64,000 bases of DNA, from NCBI GenBank assembly GCA_018712385.1, contig DVHC01000062.1, forward strand, positions 5,624 through 69,623, read 5' to 3'. The stretch is from Candidatus Onthousia excrementipullorum. Its GTDB lineage: Bacteria; Bacillota_I; Bacilli_A; RF39; UBA660. A program made the translations under genes and the position numbers. Each line of letters begins with the position of its first letter. Position 1 is the stretch's first letter. A model generated the notes under the pieces. That model was not told the origin of the DNA. It ran no database searches and saw only the letters and a program-made list of their open reading frames with translations. This document shows positions 41,903-50,578 of this stretch, one piece after another.

Positions 41903-43752
41903 CCATACTCACCTCTTCCTTTTACTGATGTTTTAAGCATATTAAATGTTTCTTCATCAAGATACATTCCCCTAGTAACAGAATAAAGTAAGGCATTATC
42001 ATCGGTAATTCCTTTTGCTTTTAAAGTGCTATAACATCTTAAAACTTTTAATCTAGATATTATTTCATTACCAATTTTATATTGATATGGATTATTATCT
42101 ACTCTATAATGTTCTTCTAAATTCTTTATCTTTTCATCTATTAATATGTCATCTTGATAATTAATAGGGTTTTCTCTTGTAATAATTTCTTCATATCTAC
42201 TAGCATTAGGAATGTATCTATCATCCATTTGGTCTATAAAATGCTCTTGTTTAAAAGTATTTATTTCTTCAGGTGTTCCTAGATTATAACCAAACTTTTT
42301 AGAGCACTTGGTTGTCAAACAACTATTTAGTGATTGTATATTTCTTTTATAATATTGTGAAAAAATAAGATTATAATAATTATCTATACTATTTTCTCTT
42401 TTTAATTTATAAAGAAGAGCAAAATTTTCTTCTCTCATCGCATTAATTATTGTAGGAAAAGTTATAGTATAATTATTATTAGCATTATGTAATAGGCCTA
42501 CTTCTATTAACTTATCACATTTATCTGCTACTTTAGTAAAAGAAAATATTGATGGTGGTAAGGTAGACTTAGCTCTAGCTTCAAAGAATCCATATAATTT
42601 ATAGGTGTTCAAGTTTTCATCTATTTTTTCTCTTGGTGTTTCTAATACTTTAATATTAGTTTTATTAGAAATAGAAACGTTAAGACCCATACTTGTTAAA
42701 TATTGTTCATTAGATAACATTTCCTCATAAGATATTTTACTAGCATAAACTCGCAATCTATTATTGTTATTACTTTCATTTTTCTTTTTTGATGATGATT
42801 TATGTCTAACTCTTACTTTTTTCGGCAAATTGTTTACCCATATACTAGGCATTTCAAAAAGTGGTGTAAATAAAGCTTTACGGGCTTTTAAATCCTCATA
42901 TCGTTTACTAATTGTACTTACATTACTATATAAAACAATTGCTAGTAAGGCTCCTTTAGAAAATTTATCTAATATTTTTTTACTTGATAAATAGGTTAAT
43001 ATCTCTCTTGTATTACTTAAATCTATATTTCTAGATATTTCTTCTTTATTCCTATCAATAAATTTTAACATATCTTCTTTAAAACCAAAATTTCTAAAAC
43101 ACTCTTTAACTTCTTCTATATCTGTAGTTGATAATATCTTTTTATTTTGTTTTTCTATATTTTCGTTATAGTCAATTACACTACTTAATAAATCTATTTT
43201 TACTTTAGAAGGTGTATCTTTATCTTCAATAATTATAGATAAAGTTTTAAAGTCTTCCAAATTTAGTAAAGAGTAATCATCAGGATTATTAACTTTTTCA
43301 TATAGATATTCTAAATTTAAAATATTTTCTTCAATAGATGAAGCCTTTTCTTTATTCTTATTAACTTGCTCTTCTTCTTTTGTTACTGTTTCTACTAATG
43401 ATTTTTTCTTTTCTACTAGCTCTTCTAGTATTTTTTTAATAATCTCAAGTTGAGTAGATGTTAAATCAACTGATAAGTTAAATTCATATTTAGCTTTTAA
43501 GACAAGATTTATATTTTTTAAGTCTTCTTCTTTAATTGAAATATATTTACTGATATCTTGATAACTTATATCTTTTAGATTTTTTATATCTTTACTTAAT
43601 GTTTCAATTAAAGTAGTAAGCTTATTTATATCTTCTTTTAATGTTTCAATTTTCTTTTTGTTATCTTCAACATTAAGATTATTATACATTTTATATAAGT
43701 CGTCAACTTTTGTTTTTATTATTTCTGCTAATGTCATAATAACACCTACCAT
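41890..43752 (-). CDS. large coiled-coil hypothetical protein (620 aa)
   Basis: The N-terminal third is heptad-like and K/E/N-rich. No known catalytic motif. Translationally coupled on both sides. Confidence 0.5.
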   Translation of the reverse strand: MVGVIMTLAEIIKTKVDDLYKMYNNLNVEDNKKKIETLKEDINKLTTLIETLSKDIKNLKDISYQDISKYISIKEEDLKNINLVLKAKYEFNLSVDLTSTQLEIIKKILEELVEKKKSLVETVTKEEEQVNKNKEKASSIEENILNLEYLYEKVNNPDDYSLLNLEDFKTLSIIIEDKDTPSKVKIDLLSSVIDYNENIEKQNKKILSTTDIEEVKECFRNFGFKEDMLKFIDRNKEEISRNIDLSNTREILTYLSSKKILDKFSKGALLAIVLYSNVSTISKRYEDLKARKALFTPLFEMPSIWVNNLPKKVRVRHKSSSKKKNESNNNNRLRVYASKISYEEMLSNEQYLTSMGLNVSISNKTNIKVLETPREKIDENLNTYKLYGFFEARAKSTLPPSIFSFTKVADKCDKLIEVGLLHNANNNYTITFPTIINAMREENFALLYKLKRENSIDNYYNLIFSQYYKRNIQSLNSCLTTKCSKKFGYNLGTPEEINTFKQEHFIDQMDDRYIPNASRYEEIITRENPINYQDDILIDEKIKNLEEHYRVDNNPYQYKIGNEIISRLKVLRCYSTLKAKGITDDNALLYSVTRGMYLDEETFNMLKTSVKGRGEYGWSI

Positions 43753-43946
43753 TCTATTAATATTCGATAAGTTTCTAAGTAAAAGGAAAAGTCTTTAATT
43801 CTAGCTTGAAAATTAGAGATAAATTCTCTAGAACTGATTCCTAGAGCGAAAGAAAGTTCTTCTAAACTAATATCTTTTTCTTTAATTAGGTTCATGCAAT
43901 CAGCTTTTATGTTATAAAATAGATTGTCTAATTTTTCATTTATCAT
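43746..43946 (-). CDS. small HTH (XRE-like) protein, 66 aa
   Basis: ISLEELSFALGISSREFISNF resembles a helix-turn-helix. It overlaps the stop of the upstream RelE-like-domain gene by 1 nt. Confidence 0.4.
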   Translation of the reverse strand: MINEKLDNLFYNIKADCMNLIKEKDISLEELSFALGISSREFISNFQARIKDFSFYLETYRILIEW

Positions 43947-45346
43947 TATTTATGATCATCTCCTTTTACGGCTATCATAGATTTGAATTGTTCAGTAAAT
44001 TCTTTTTGTTGTTTTAAATAATTAGGATTTTGATTGTTTATTTTAGTTAAATTTTCATCAATAACATAACTATAAGTTTGAGCGATAGTATTTGAGTTAT
44101 CATAAATATCACTATGCGGAGCGAATGTTAATACTAGTACTTTATTATCTTTAGTTCTGACATAAGAAACACACATATTAGAACTCTTATTTATGTAGAT
44201 GTTATATCGTTTATTATTAGATAATAATTTAGTATGTTTCTTACCTTTCTCGTAATCATGTAACCCTTTTTTAAATTTTTCGATAAGGGATAGACAATGT
44301 TTTTTCTCTTCTTTATTAAATTTATTTATTTGAAAGAAAGAATTATTATTTTCATCTAATAAGAAATAAATTTCATTAGTTGTTTTTTCTTCTTCTTTCT
44401 TTTCTTCTGTTAAAATTTTATCTAAGGATATAGCTTTGTTATAATCTTCTTTAAGCATATTAAAGTAATCCCTTATGTCTTCTAAAGTAGCGGTAGGATT
44501 GTTTAGTTGTGATTCTAATTCTGCTTTTACTTCAAACATATCTAATATTAAAACTGTCATTGAAATATCTTTATATTGAAATTCATCAATTCCTAATGTA
44601 GATAAATCTAAATTATCTTTACTTTCCTGCTCTTTTATGGCTCTTGACATCTCTTTATTGTAATTTATGTACTTTTCATCTTTACCATTAATTAAATAAT
44701 AATATTTGCTCATGATAGATTCTATATTGTTTTTTATTTTATAATATTCACCTTTTATATTATTTAGCTCTTCTTGATTTATATTTGGTGTTTCTTCTTC
44801 TGTGAATAACGATTCTATTTCTTCTTGAGGTGTTGGTATTTTATGAGATTTAAGTTTTTCTTCTTTTTTAGTGACACTTTTACAACTTTCATAAGCAATT
44901 TCTTTTAAAATGCTTATTTTTTCTTCATCTGTAATATTTGCCTTTAAGATAAATGAGGCTTTGGCAGTAAGACTTTTTTCATCTAATTCTTTTATTTGTG
45001 ACTCTAAACTTTTAACTTGTAATTGATATTTTTCTATATTACTAAGACAATCTTTTACTATTTCATCCGTTAATATGTTATTTATAGCGATTTGAACTTG
45101 TTCTATTTCTAAAGCATTGTTATCATAGAAGAACTTAAGAATTTGAAAGTTAGAAGTAAGTTGAGGAAATAAAAGTAGGAACGTCTTTTGATGCTCTAAC
45201 AAGTTTTTTATATATCTTTTTTTATCATTTATTGGCATTATTAAAATGTTAGCACTATCTATCATTGTTTTATATTTATTTAGTTCTCTTTTTAATTTTT
45301 GTGATTGTTCTTCTAATAATTGTTCATATTTTTCTTTTGGTTCCAT
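43946..45346 (-). CDS. coiled-coil protein with C-terminal RelE/ParE-like (HigB-like) domain
   Basis: C-terminal segment KGKKHTKLLSNNKRYNIYINKSSNMCVSYVRTKDNKVLVLTFAPHSDIY matches the RelE/ParE beta-sheet pattern (...yRl.v..YRviY.v.d..v.vl.ig.Hkd.Y). Start refined to MEPKEKY at 45346, with AAGGAGG 6 nt upstream. Confidence 0.5.
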   Translation of the reverse strand: MEPKEKYEQLLEEQSQKLKRELNKYKTMIDSANILIMPINDKKRYIKNLLEHQKTFLLLFPQLTSNFQILKFFYDNNALEIEQVQIAINNILTDEIVKDCLSNIEKYQLQVKSLESQIKELDEKSLTAKASFILKANITDEEKISILKEIAYESCKSVTKKEEKLKSHKIPTPQEEIESLFTEEETPNINQEELNNIKGEYYKIKNNIESIMSKYYYLINGKDEKYINYNKEMSRAIKEQESKDNLDLSTLGIDEFQYKDISMTVLILDMFEVKAELESQLNNPTATLEDIRDYFNMLKEDYNKAISLDKILTEEKKEEEKTTNEIYFLLDENNNSFFQINKFNKEEKKHCLSLIEKFKKGLHDYEKGKKHTKLLSNNKRYNIYINKSSNMCVSYVRTKDNKVLVLTFAPHSDIYDNSNTIAQTYSYVIDENLTKINNQNPNYLKQQKEFTEQFKSMIAVKGDDHK

Positions 45347-45376
45347 AATATCCTCCTTTATTTTTAACATGAAAAA

Positions 45377-45400
45377 GAACAGAATAAAGTTATTCTGTTC
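45377..45400 (-). terminator. terminator/attenuator hairpin immediately upstream of the RBS of the unknown operon
   Basis: Perfect inverted repeat gaacagaataa-ag-ttattctgttc with 11-bp arms. On the minus strand it is followed by UUUUUCAUGUUAAAAAUAAAGGAGG. Confidence 0.5.
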
Positions 45401-45448
45401 TTAAAGCATTATAAAAGAAAGTAATTGTATTATTACTTATAGTTTTAT

Positions 45449-45493
45449 TTAAAATGCCCCCCGGTAACACATTGTAAACATGAAGTTTGACAT
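45449..45493 (-). CDS. putative 14-aa leader peptide MSNFMFTMCYRGAF
   Basis: GAAGGAGAG 5 nt upstream of the ATG at 45493. The ORF contains a G6 tract. It lies between a TATAAT box (45537-45532) and the attenuator hairpin. Confidence 0.35.
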   Translation of the reverse strand: MSNFMFTMCYRGAF

Positions 45494-45597
45494 TCTTACT
45501 CTCCTTCTTTCTGTTTTTTTTATAGTAACATATTATACTACAACTTACAATAATTTATTCTTCTTTGATGACACAACTTTACTTTAGAATTTTATTT

Positions 45598-45924
45598 TTA
45601 AGATATCTTTAACCCATTTTCTACCTTGCTATCTAGATTTAATAAAACTACACCATTATTAGTTACAACTCCTAATACTAGGACTTCGCTTGTTACTTCT
45701 GAGATGTGAATTGGTTTAAAGTTAACAACTGCAATTATCTGTTTACCTATTAAATCTTCTTCTTTATATAAATCTGTAATCTGGGCAGATGACTTTTTTA
45801 TACCTAAGGGTCCAAAGTCTATTTTCAACTTATAGGCTTTTTTTCTTGCTCCTTTATTTATACTTGCATCTATTATAGTTCCTACTCTTATATCTATTTT
45901 CTTAAATTCTTCTAATGTTATCAT
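45598..45924 (-). CDS. csaA: tRNA-binding protein (CsaA-like)
   Basis: 108 aa; ITLEEFKKIDIRVGTII...KLKIDFGPLG...QIIAVVNFKP matches the tRNA-binding (EMAP) domain. Confidence 0.8.
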   Translation of the reverse strand: MITLEEFKKIDIRVGTIIDASINKGARKKAYKLKIDFGPLGIKKSSAQITDLYKEEDLIGKQIIAVVNFKPIHISEVTSEVLVLGVVTNNGVVLLNLDSKVENGLKIS

Positions 45925-45968
45925 ATTTCTCCTTTATATTAAAAGCATAGGTTTTGCCTATGCTATAA

Positions 45969-47180
45969 TTATCTACCATTCCACCAAACTCTTAGTCCTG
46001 ATGGCAATCCTATATACTGTCTTGGGTTAATGGTACTTCTTTGATAAGTTGACCAAGTACAACCTCCTCCAGCATGCCAATCACAAGTTGTAAGTTCAAG
46101 ATGTAGGTGGGCTCCAAATGAGTATCCTGTATTTCCCATTCTACCAATTACAGTATCTGGTGTTACAATATCACCAACATTAACATACCAAGCGGATAAG
46201 TGTGCATATGTTGAATAAATATAACTACCATTTACATAATGTCTTATTTTTAGAACTAGGGCTCCATAGTCATCATAGTATTTGGCAAAAACTACACCTG
46301 TAGCAATTGGGTATATTTCAATAGTTTTATTTGTATTTGATAAATCTATTCCTAAGTGACCGGCATTCATCCAGTTTTGAGTTACATAGCCACTAACCAT
46401 AGGTCTATAGAATCCCGAAGCTGATGGAGGCATAATGTTACCAGCTCCACCTATAGAAGAAGAACCACTACTTGTATGAGCTGCATCATATCTTTTTTGA
46501 CATGAATTTAGATTTTCATTTTCTCCACAACCAATGTTTTCATAATATTCAATTTGTTTCTGACCTTCTTTTTTCTGTTGTTCAACACTAGGCATAGCAT
46601 CTTTTATTTGTGCAGTCTCAGCATTTATTTTCGCTTGTTCTGCTTCTAGGTCATCTGTTAATTTTTCAAGTTCTTTATTTTTAGTTGCAAGTTCTTCTTT
46701 TCTTTGTTCATTTTCTTCAACTAATTGGGAAAGTTCGTTCATTATTTTGTCATTATATTCAGTTAACTGTTCTACTATAGCCATACGATAAACCATATCA
46801 GTAACATCTGTCGCTCCAAAGATATACTCTAGGTAAGCATTTTCTCCTTCACTAACTTGAAGATACTGAAATAAAGATTTACTTTGTTCACTCTTTTCAG
46901 CTATTTCGTTATTGGATTCTTCTATTTCTTGCTCTAAAACTCCTGTTTCACTTTCAATTTCACTTATTTGGCTTTCGATATCTGCTATTTTCTTTTTTAT
47001 CTCTGCTACTTCAGCATCATTTGCAGCGATTTGATTATTTTTGTTTTCCAAGTCAGCATTCGCTTCTTCTACTTCTTTTCTTAAATCACTTAAAGTTTTC
47101 GCTTCGGTATTAATTGGAATTAGAAATACGGCCAGTAATGCTATTAATATAACTGAACTTAATCTTTTCAAATAAAACAC
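45969..47180 (-). CDS. M23-family peptidase with N-terminal coiled coil (EnvC-like, FtsEX-associated)
   Basis: 403 aa; signal peptide, long coiled coil, and a C-terminal GHLGIDL...HLHLEL M23 zinc site. Lies immediately downstream of ftsX. Confidence 0.8.
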   Translation of the reverse strand: MFYLKRLSSVILIALLAVFLIPINTEAKTLSDLRKEVEEANADLENKNNQIAANDAEVAEIKKKIADIESQISEIESETGVLEQEIEESNNEIAEKSEQSKSLFQYLQVSEGENAYLEYIFGATDVTDMVYRMAIVEQLTEYNDKIMNELSQLVEENEQRKEELATKNKELEKLTDDLEAEQAKINAETAQIKDAMPSVEQQKKEGQKQIEYYENIGCGENENLNSCQKRYDAAHTSSGSSSIGGAGNIMPPSASGFYRPMVSGYVTQNWMNAGHLGIDLSNTNKTIEIYPIATGVVFAKYYDDYGALVLKIRHYVNGSYIYSTYAHLSAWYVNVGDIVTPDTVIGRMGNTGYSFGAHLHLELTTCDWHAGGGCTWSTYQRSTINPRQYIGLPSGLRVWWNGR

Positions 47181-47187
47181 CTCCTCA

Positions 47188-48087
47188 TTATATCTTTAAG
47201 TATTTTCTAACAGCAGAAGCTGAACCTATCATACCTACAATTATACCAATTACTAAGACTATTCCTGATACCATATAGATAAATGGTTCTGGTTCAATTA
47301 AAGTAATCATTCTGCTATATAGATAGCCATCAAAATGATTATATAAGGCAATATAACCAAAACATATTATTAATATTGGAATAATAGAACCAAATAGTCC
47401 TAGAACCATACCTTCTACTATAAATGGTGTCTTAATAGTAAAGTTAGAGGCTCCTACTAATCTCATTATAGATATTTCTCTTTTTCTTGAAAAAATTGTT
47501 AATTTGATTGTATTTATGATTAGAAATACTGTTACAAGTATTAAAGCAATAACCATACCATATGATATTTTTTGTGCAGCTTCAAAAGCAGATATTAGAT
47601 TATCTACCATGCCTTCTCCATAACGAACTGTACTTACTTTATCAATTCTTCCTATTTTTTTAGCAGTATCAGATATTTTTTCAACATCTTTTACTTTTAC
47701 TTGGAATGTATCTTTCAAAGGATTATCTTCATCATCCCAGGTACTCATTACTTCGTTAAAGACATCACTTTCTTTACTCATTTCTTCTTTAATAGCAGCC
47801 TTACTTTGATAAGTTAAAGACTCAACGTTAGTCATTTTTTCTAATCTTTCTCTTATATCATTTGTCTCATCTTCTGTTGTGTCTGCATCAAGAAAGACAA
47901 CGATAGTTAAATCTTTTTCCATTTCTCTTGTAAAGCTTTGTACATTAAAGGTAACTATTATTGATATTGCTACTATAATTAAGGTTATAGTAATACAAGA
48001 GATAGAAGCTAGAGAAAGACTGAAGTTTCTAAAGACGCTTTTAAAGGCATCACGGATGCTTCTTCTTAACATTCTAAAAAATTTCAT
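47188..48087 (-). CDS. ftsX: cell division permease FtsX
   Basis: 299 aa; 4 TM helices and a large extracellular loop. Overlaps ftsE by 4 nt. Confidence 0.85.
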   Translation of the reverse strand: MKFFRMLRRSIRDAFKSVFRNFSLSLASISCITITLIIVAISIIVTFNVQSFTREMEKDLTIVVFLDADTTEDETNDIRERLEKMTNVESLTYQSKAAIKEEMSKESDVFNEVMSTWDDEDNPLKDTFQVKVKDVEKISDTAKKIGRIDKVSTVRYGEGMVDNLISAFEAAQKISYGMVIALILVTVFLIINTIKLTIFSRKREISIMRLVGASNFTIKTPFIVEGMVLGLFGSIIPILIICFGYIALYNHFDGYLYSRMITLIEPEPFIYMVSGIVLVIGIIVGMIGSASAVRKYLKI

Positions 48088-48773
48088 TCTTCATAGCCTC
48101 CTTTCTCAAGATGTTTAATAAGTCTACCATCTTTTAGGAGTACAACTTCTTTTTGCATTTTATTAACTATTTCTTTATCATGTGTAGCCATGATAATTGT
48201 TGTACCACAAGTTTTATTGATTTCCTCTAAGACTTTAACTATTTCCATACTACGGTCTGGGTCAAGATTTCCTGTTGGCTCATCACATAGTAATATTCTT
48301 GGTTCATTGACTATCGCTCTTGCTATGGCTACACGTTGTTGTTCTCCTCCTGATAATTGGTCAGGGTAATTATGAATTTTAGCTTTAAGGCCTACTAATT
48401 CTAAGGCTTTTAAAACTTTCTTTCTTGTCTCTTGTTTAGTAGCACCAATTGACTCCATCGTGAAGGCAACATTTTCATAGACGGTTAGTTTGGGTAGCAA
48501 TCGATAGTCTTGGAAGACAATTCCCAGTTTTCTTCTTAATTTATATACTTTACTGTTTCTAAGTTTAGCAACGTTAATACCACCGACTATAATTTCTCCA
48601 CTAGTTGGTTTTTCTTCACGATAAAGCATCTTGATAAAAGTACTTTTACCAGAACCTGAACCGCCTATTACAAAGACAAAAGAGCCCTTCTTTATATTAA
48701 GGGTTAAGTCATAGATAGCGGTAACACCATTTTTATATTGTTTATTTACATTTTTAACTCTAATTAAATCCAT
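48084..48773 (-). CDS. ftsE: cell division ATP-binding protein FtsE
   Basis: GGSGSGKST Walker A, LSGGEQQRVAIARA signature, DEPTGNLD Walker B. Start refined to MDLIRVKNV at 48773; the ORF-track extension runs through the promoter. Confidence 0.9.
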   Translation of the reverse strand: MDLIRVKNVNKQYKNGVTAIYDLTLNIKKGSFVFVIGGSGSGKSTFIKMLYREEKPTSGEIIVGGINVAKLRNSKVYKLRRKLGIVFQDYRLLPKLTVYENVAFTMESIGATKQETRKKVLKALELVGLKAKIHNYPDQLSGGEQQRVAIARAIVNEPRILLCDEPTGNLDPDRSMEIVKVLEEINKTCGTTIIMATHDKEIVNKMQKEVVLLKDGRLIKHLEKGGYEE

Positions 48774-48822
48774 TAACATCATCCTATTCATAGTAGAGTA
48801 TAACATATTTCGACTCATTATG

Positions 48823-48851
48823 TATATAGTAAATTTCTGGTATTTTGACAA
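48823..48851 (-). promoter_or_regulatory. sigma-A promoter for ftsEX-M23
   Basis: Minus strand TTGTCA (48851-48846), 17-nt spacer, TATATA (48828-48823). Confidence 0.5.
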
Positions 48852-48859
48852 ATTAAAGT

Positions 48860-48884
48860 AAAAAAAAGAGGATTTATTTTCCTC
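48860..48884 (-). terminator. intrinsic terminator after the downstream YitT-family gene (48874..49740)
   Basis: Minus strand GAGGAaaauaaaUCCUC followed by U8. It overlaps the stop codon at 48874-48876. Confidence 0.45.
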
Positions 48885-49740
48885 CTTTTACTTCATAGGC
48901 ATCTGTTACGACAAAAAAGGCTTTAGGGTCTATTTCTTTAATACCTTCTTTTAATCTAAAGTAATCTCTTGTAGGGACCACTGCTAATAAAACTCTTCTT
49001 TTCTTTTCTAAAAAGCCACCTTTAACATCAAAGATAGTTACGGTATGATGAAGATTATTTATTAAATACTCCCTTACTTTTTCTTCTTTACTTGTTGTTA
49101 TATAAAAAGCTTTATTTTTAGATATGCCTAGTATTACTTTATCTATTACAACACCACTGATATAGATAATTATAAAAGCATATAACATCATATTAAATCC
49201 AAAGTAGAATCCGCCGATTAGAACAACGATAAAGTTTATAACCATTGTGGTTTTAGCAAGGGAAATATGAAAGTATTTATAGGCTATTTGACTTATTATA
49301 TTTAGTCCGCCATTACTAAAACCTACTTTATACATGAGACCATTAGTTATTCCTAGAAGTATTCCTATTAAAATACTCATTAGTATTAAGTCACTGGTAT
49401 CTATTACAATATATCTTGCTAGTGGTTCTGTTAAAGAGACAAATAAAGGATAAACTAAAGTCGCTACTAAAGAACCTCCTGTTTGGTCTAGACCTAGAAA
49501 TAGATAACTAATACCTAGTAAAAGGATGGAACCTATTAAGATGATTAGTGATGGTGAAAGATCAAAGATATGATTTATGATGATTGCAACTCCATTCATT
49601 CCTCCTGTTACTAAGTCAGTTGGGTATAACAAAAGATTAAATACTAAAGACGAGATAAAAAGACTGAATATTAAAACTCCATATCTATACCACAATTTAG
49701 TTTTGTCTATTTTGAATAATTTAGACACTTTAAGCACCAC
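48874..49740 (-). CDS. YitT-family membrane protein (DUF161 + C-terminal DUF2179-like domain)
   Basis: 288 aa; 5-6 TM helices and a C-terminal ...VVPTRDYFRLKEGIKEIDPKAFFVVTDAYEVKGG. Confidence 0.7.
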   Translation of the reverse strand: MVLKVSKLFKIDKTKLWYRYGVLIFSLFISSLVFNLLLYPTDLVTGGMNGVAIIINHIFDLSPSLIILIGSILLLGISYLFLGLDQTGGSLVATLVYPLFVSLTEPLARYIVIDTSDLILMSILIGILLGITNGLMYKVGFSNGGLNIISQIAYKYFHISLAKTTMVINFIVVLIGGFYFGFNMMLYAFIIIYISGVVIDKVILGISKNKAFYITTSKEEKVREYLINNLHHTVTIFDVKGGFLEKKRRVLLAVVPTRDYFRLKEGIKEIDPKAFFVVTDAYEVKGGK

Positions 49741-50578
49741 CTTTTACTTCATAGGAATCCATTGCAACAAAGAAAGCATCTTTATCAATATTATGAATTC
49801 CTTCTTTTAATTTATAATACTCTCTTGTTGGTACAACACTCATTAGAACTGTTTGATTTTCACTATTATATCCGCCTCTCGCTTTAAACTCAGTAACACC
49901 ATGTTTAAGTTCATTGATAACAAAGTCTTTAACTTCTTTTTCTTTACTAGTAATGATATAGAAAGCTTTAGAATCAGATATACCTAAGACAACTTTGTCT
50001 GTTATAGTAGAGATTAAATAAAGAATTATTAGGGAATACATTAGATGATTAAAGCCAAAGACAAAGGCTCCTATAACAATAATTGTGCCATCAGTAAAGA
50101 ACATACTATTACCTAGACTCATTTTAAATACTTTAGATATTATCATATTTAAGATATCAGTTCCCCCAGTTGAATATCCGGCTCTAAATATTAAACCTGC
50201 TCCTAATCCTTGTAAGGCTCCACCAAAGACAGCGATTAGTATCATTTCACTTTCTTTAAAACTTATATAAGTAGATAAGTGTTCTGTTAAACTTACAAAA
50301 ACGGGAAAAAGAATAGAGCCTAATATTGTCGCTTTAGTTTTTTCTTTTCCTAAGACTAGGAATGATAATATGATTAAGAAAACGTTAGCGATAGAGATAA
50401 TTGTTGAAGGATTAAGTCCAAAGAAATGTTTTAATATTAAAGAAAAGCCACTTACTCCTCCTGCTACTAAGTTATTAGGAGACATGAAAAGATTAAAGGC
50501 TAATGCTACTAGGAAGCATCCTATAATAAATTCTATTAACTCTTTAATTTTAATCTTATGCTTTATCGCTTCTTTCAT
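49730..50578 (-). CDS. YitT-family membrane protein (tandem paralog of the gene at 48874..49740)
   Basis: 282 aa; colinear similarity to the neighbour (...SVVPTREYYKLKEGIHNIDKDAFFVAMDSYEVKGG). Confidence 0.7.
   Translation of the reverse strand: MKEAIKHKIKIKELIEFIIGCFLVALAFNLFMSPNNLVAGGVSGFSLILKHFFGLNPSTIISIANVFLIILSFLVLGKEKTKATILGSILFPVFVSLTEHLSTYISFKESEMILIAVFGGALQGLGAGLIFRAGYSTGGTDILNMIISKVFKMSLGNSMFFTDGTIIVIGAFVFGFNHLMYSLIILYLISTITDKVVLGISDSKAFYIITSKEKEVKDFVINELKHGVTEFKARGGYNSENQTVLMSVVPTREYYKLKEGIHNIDKDAFFVAMDSYEVKGGA

Noticed and set aside
48774-48851. Longer FtsE N-terminus as given in the ORF track (MSKYQKFTIYIMSRNMLYSTMNRMMLM...)
   Set aside because: The extension is not FtsE-like and overlaps a good TTGTCA-17-TATATA promoter. 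The internal start at 48773 has an RBS and matches FtsE N-termini.
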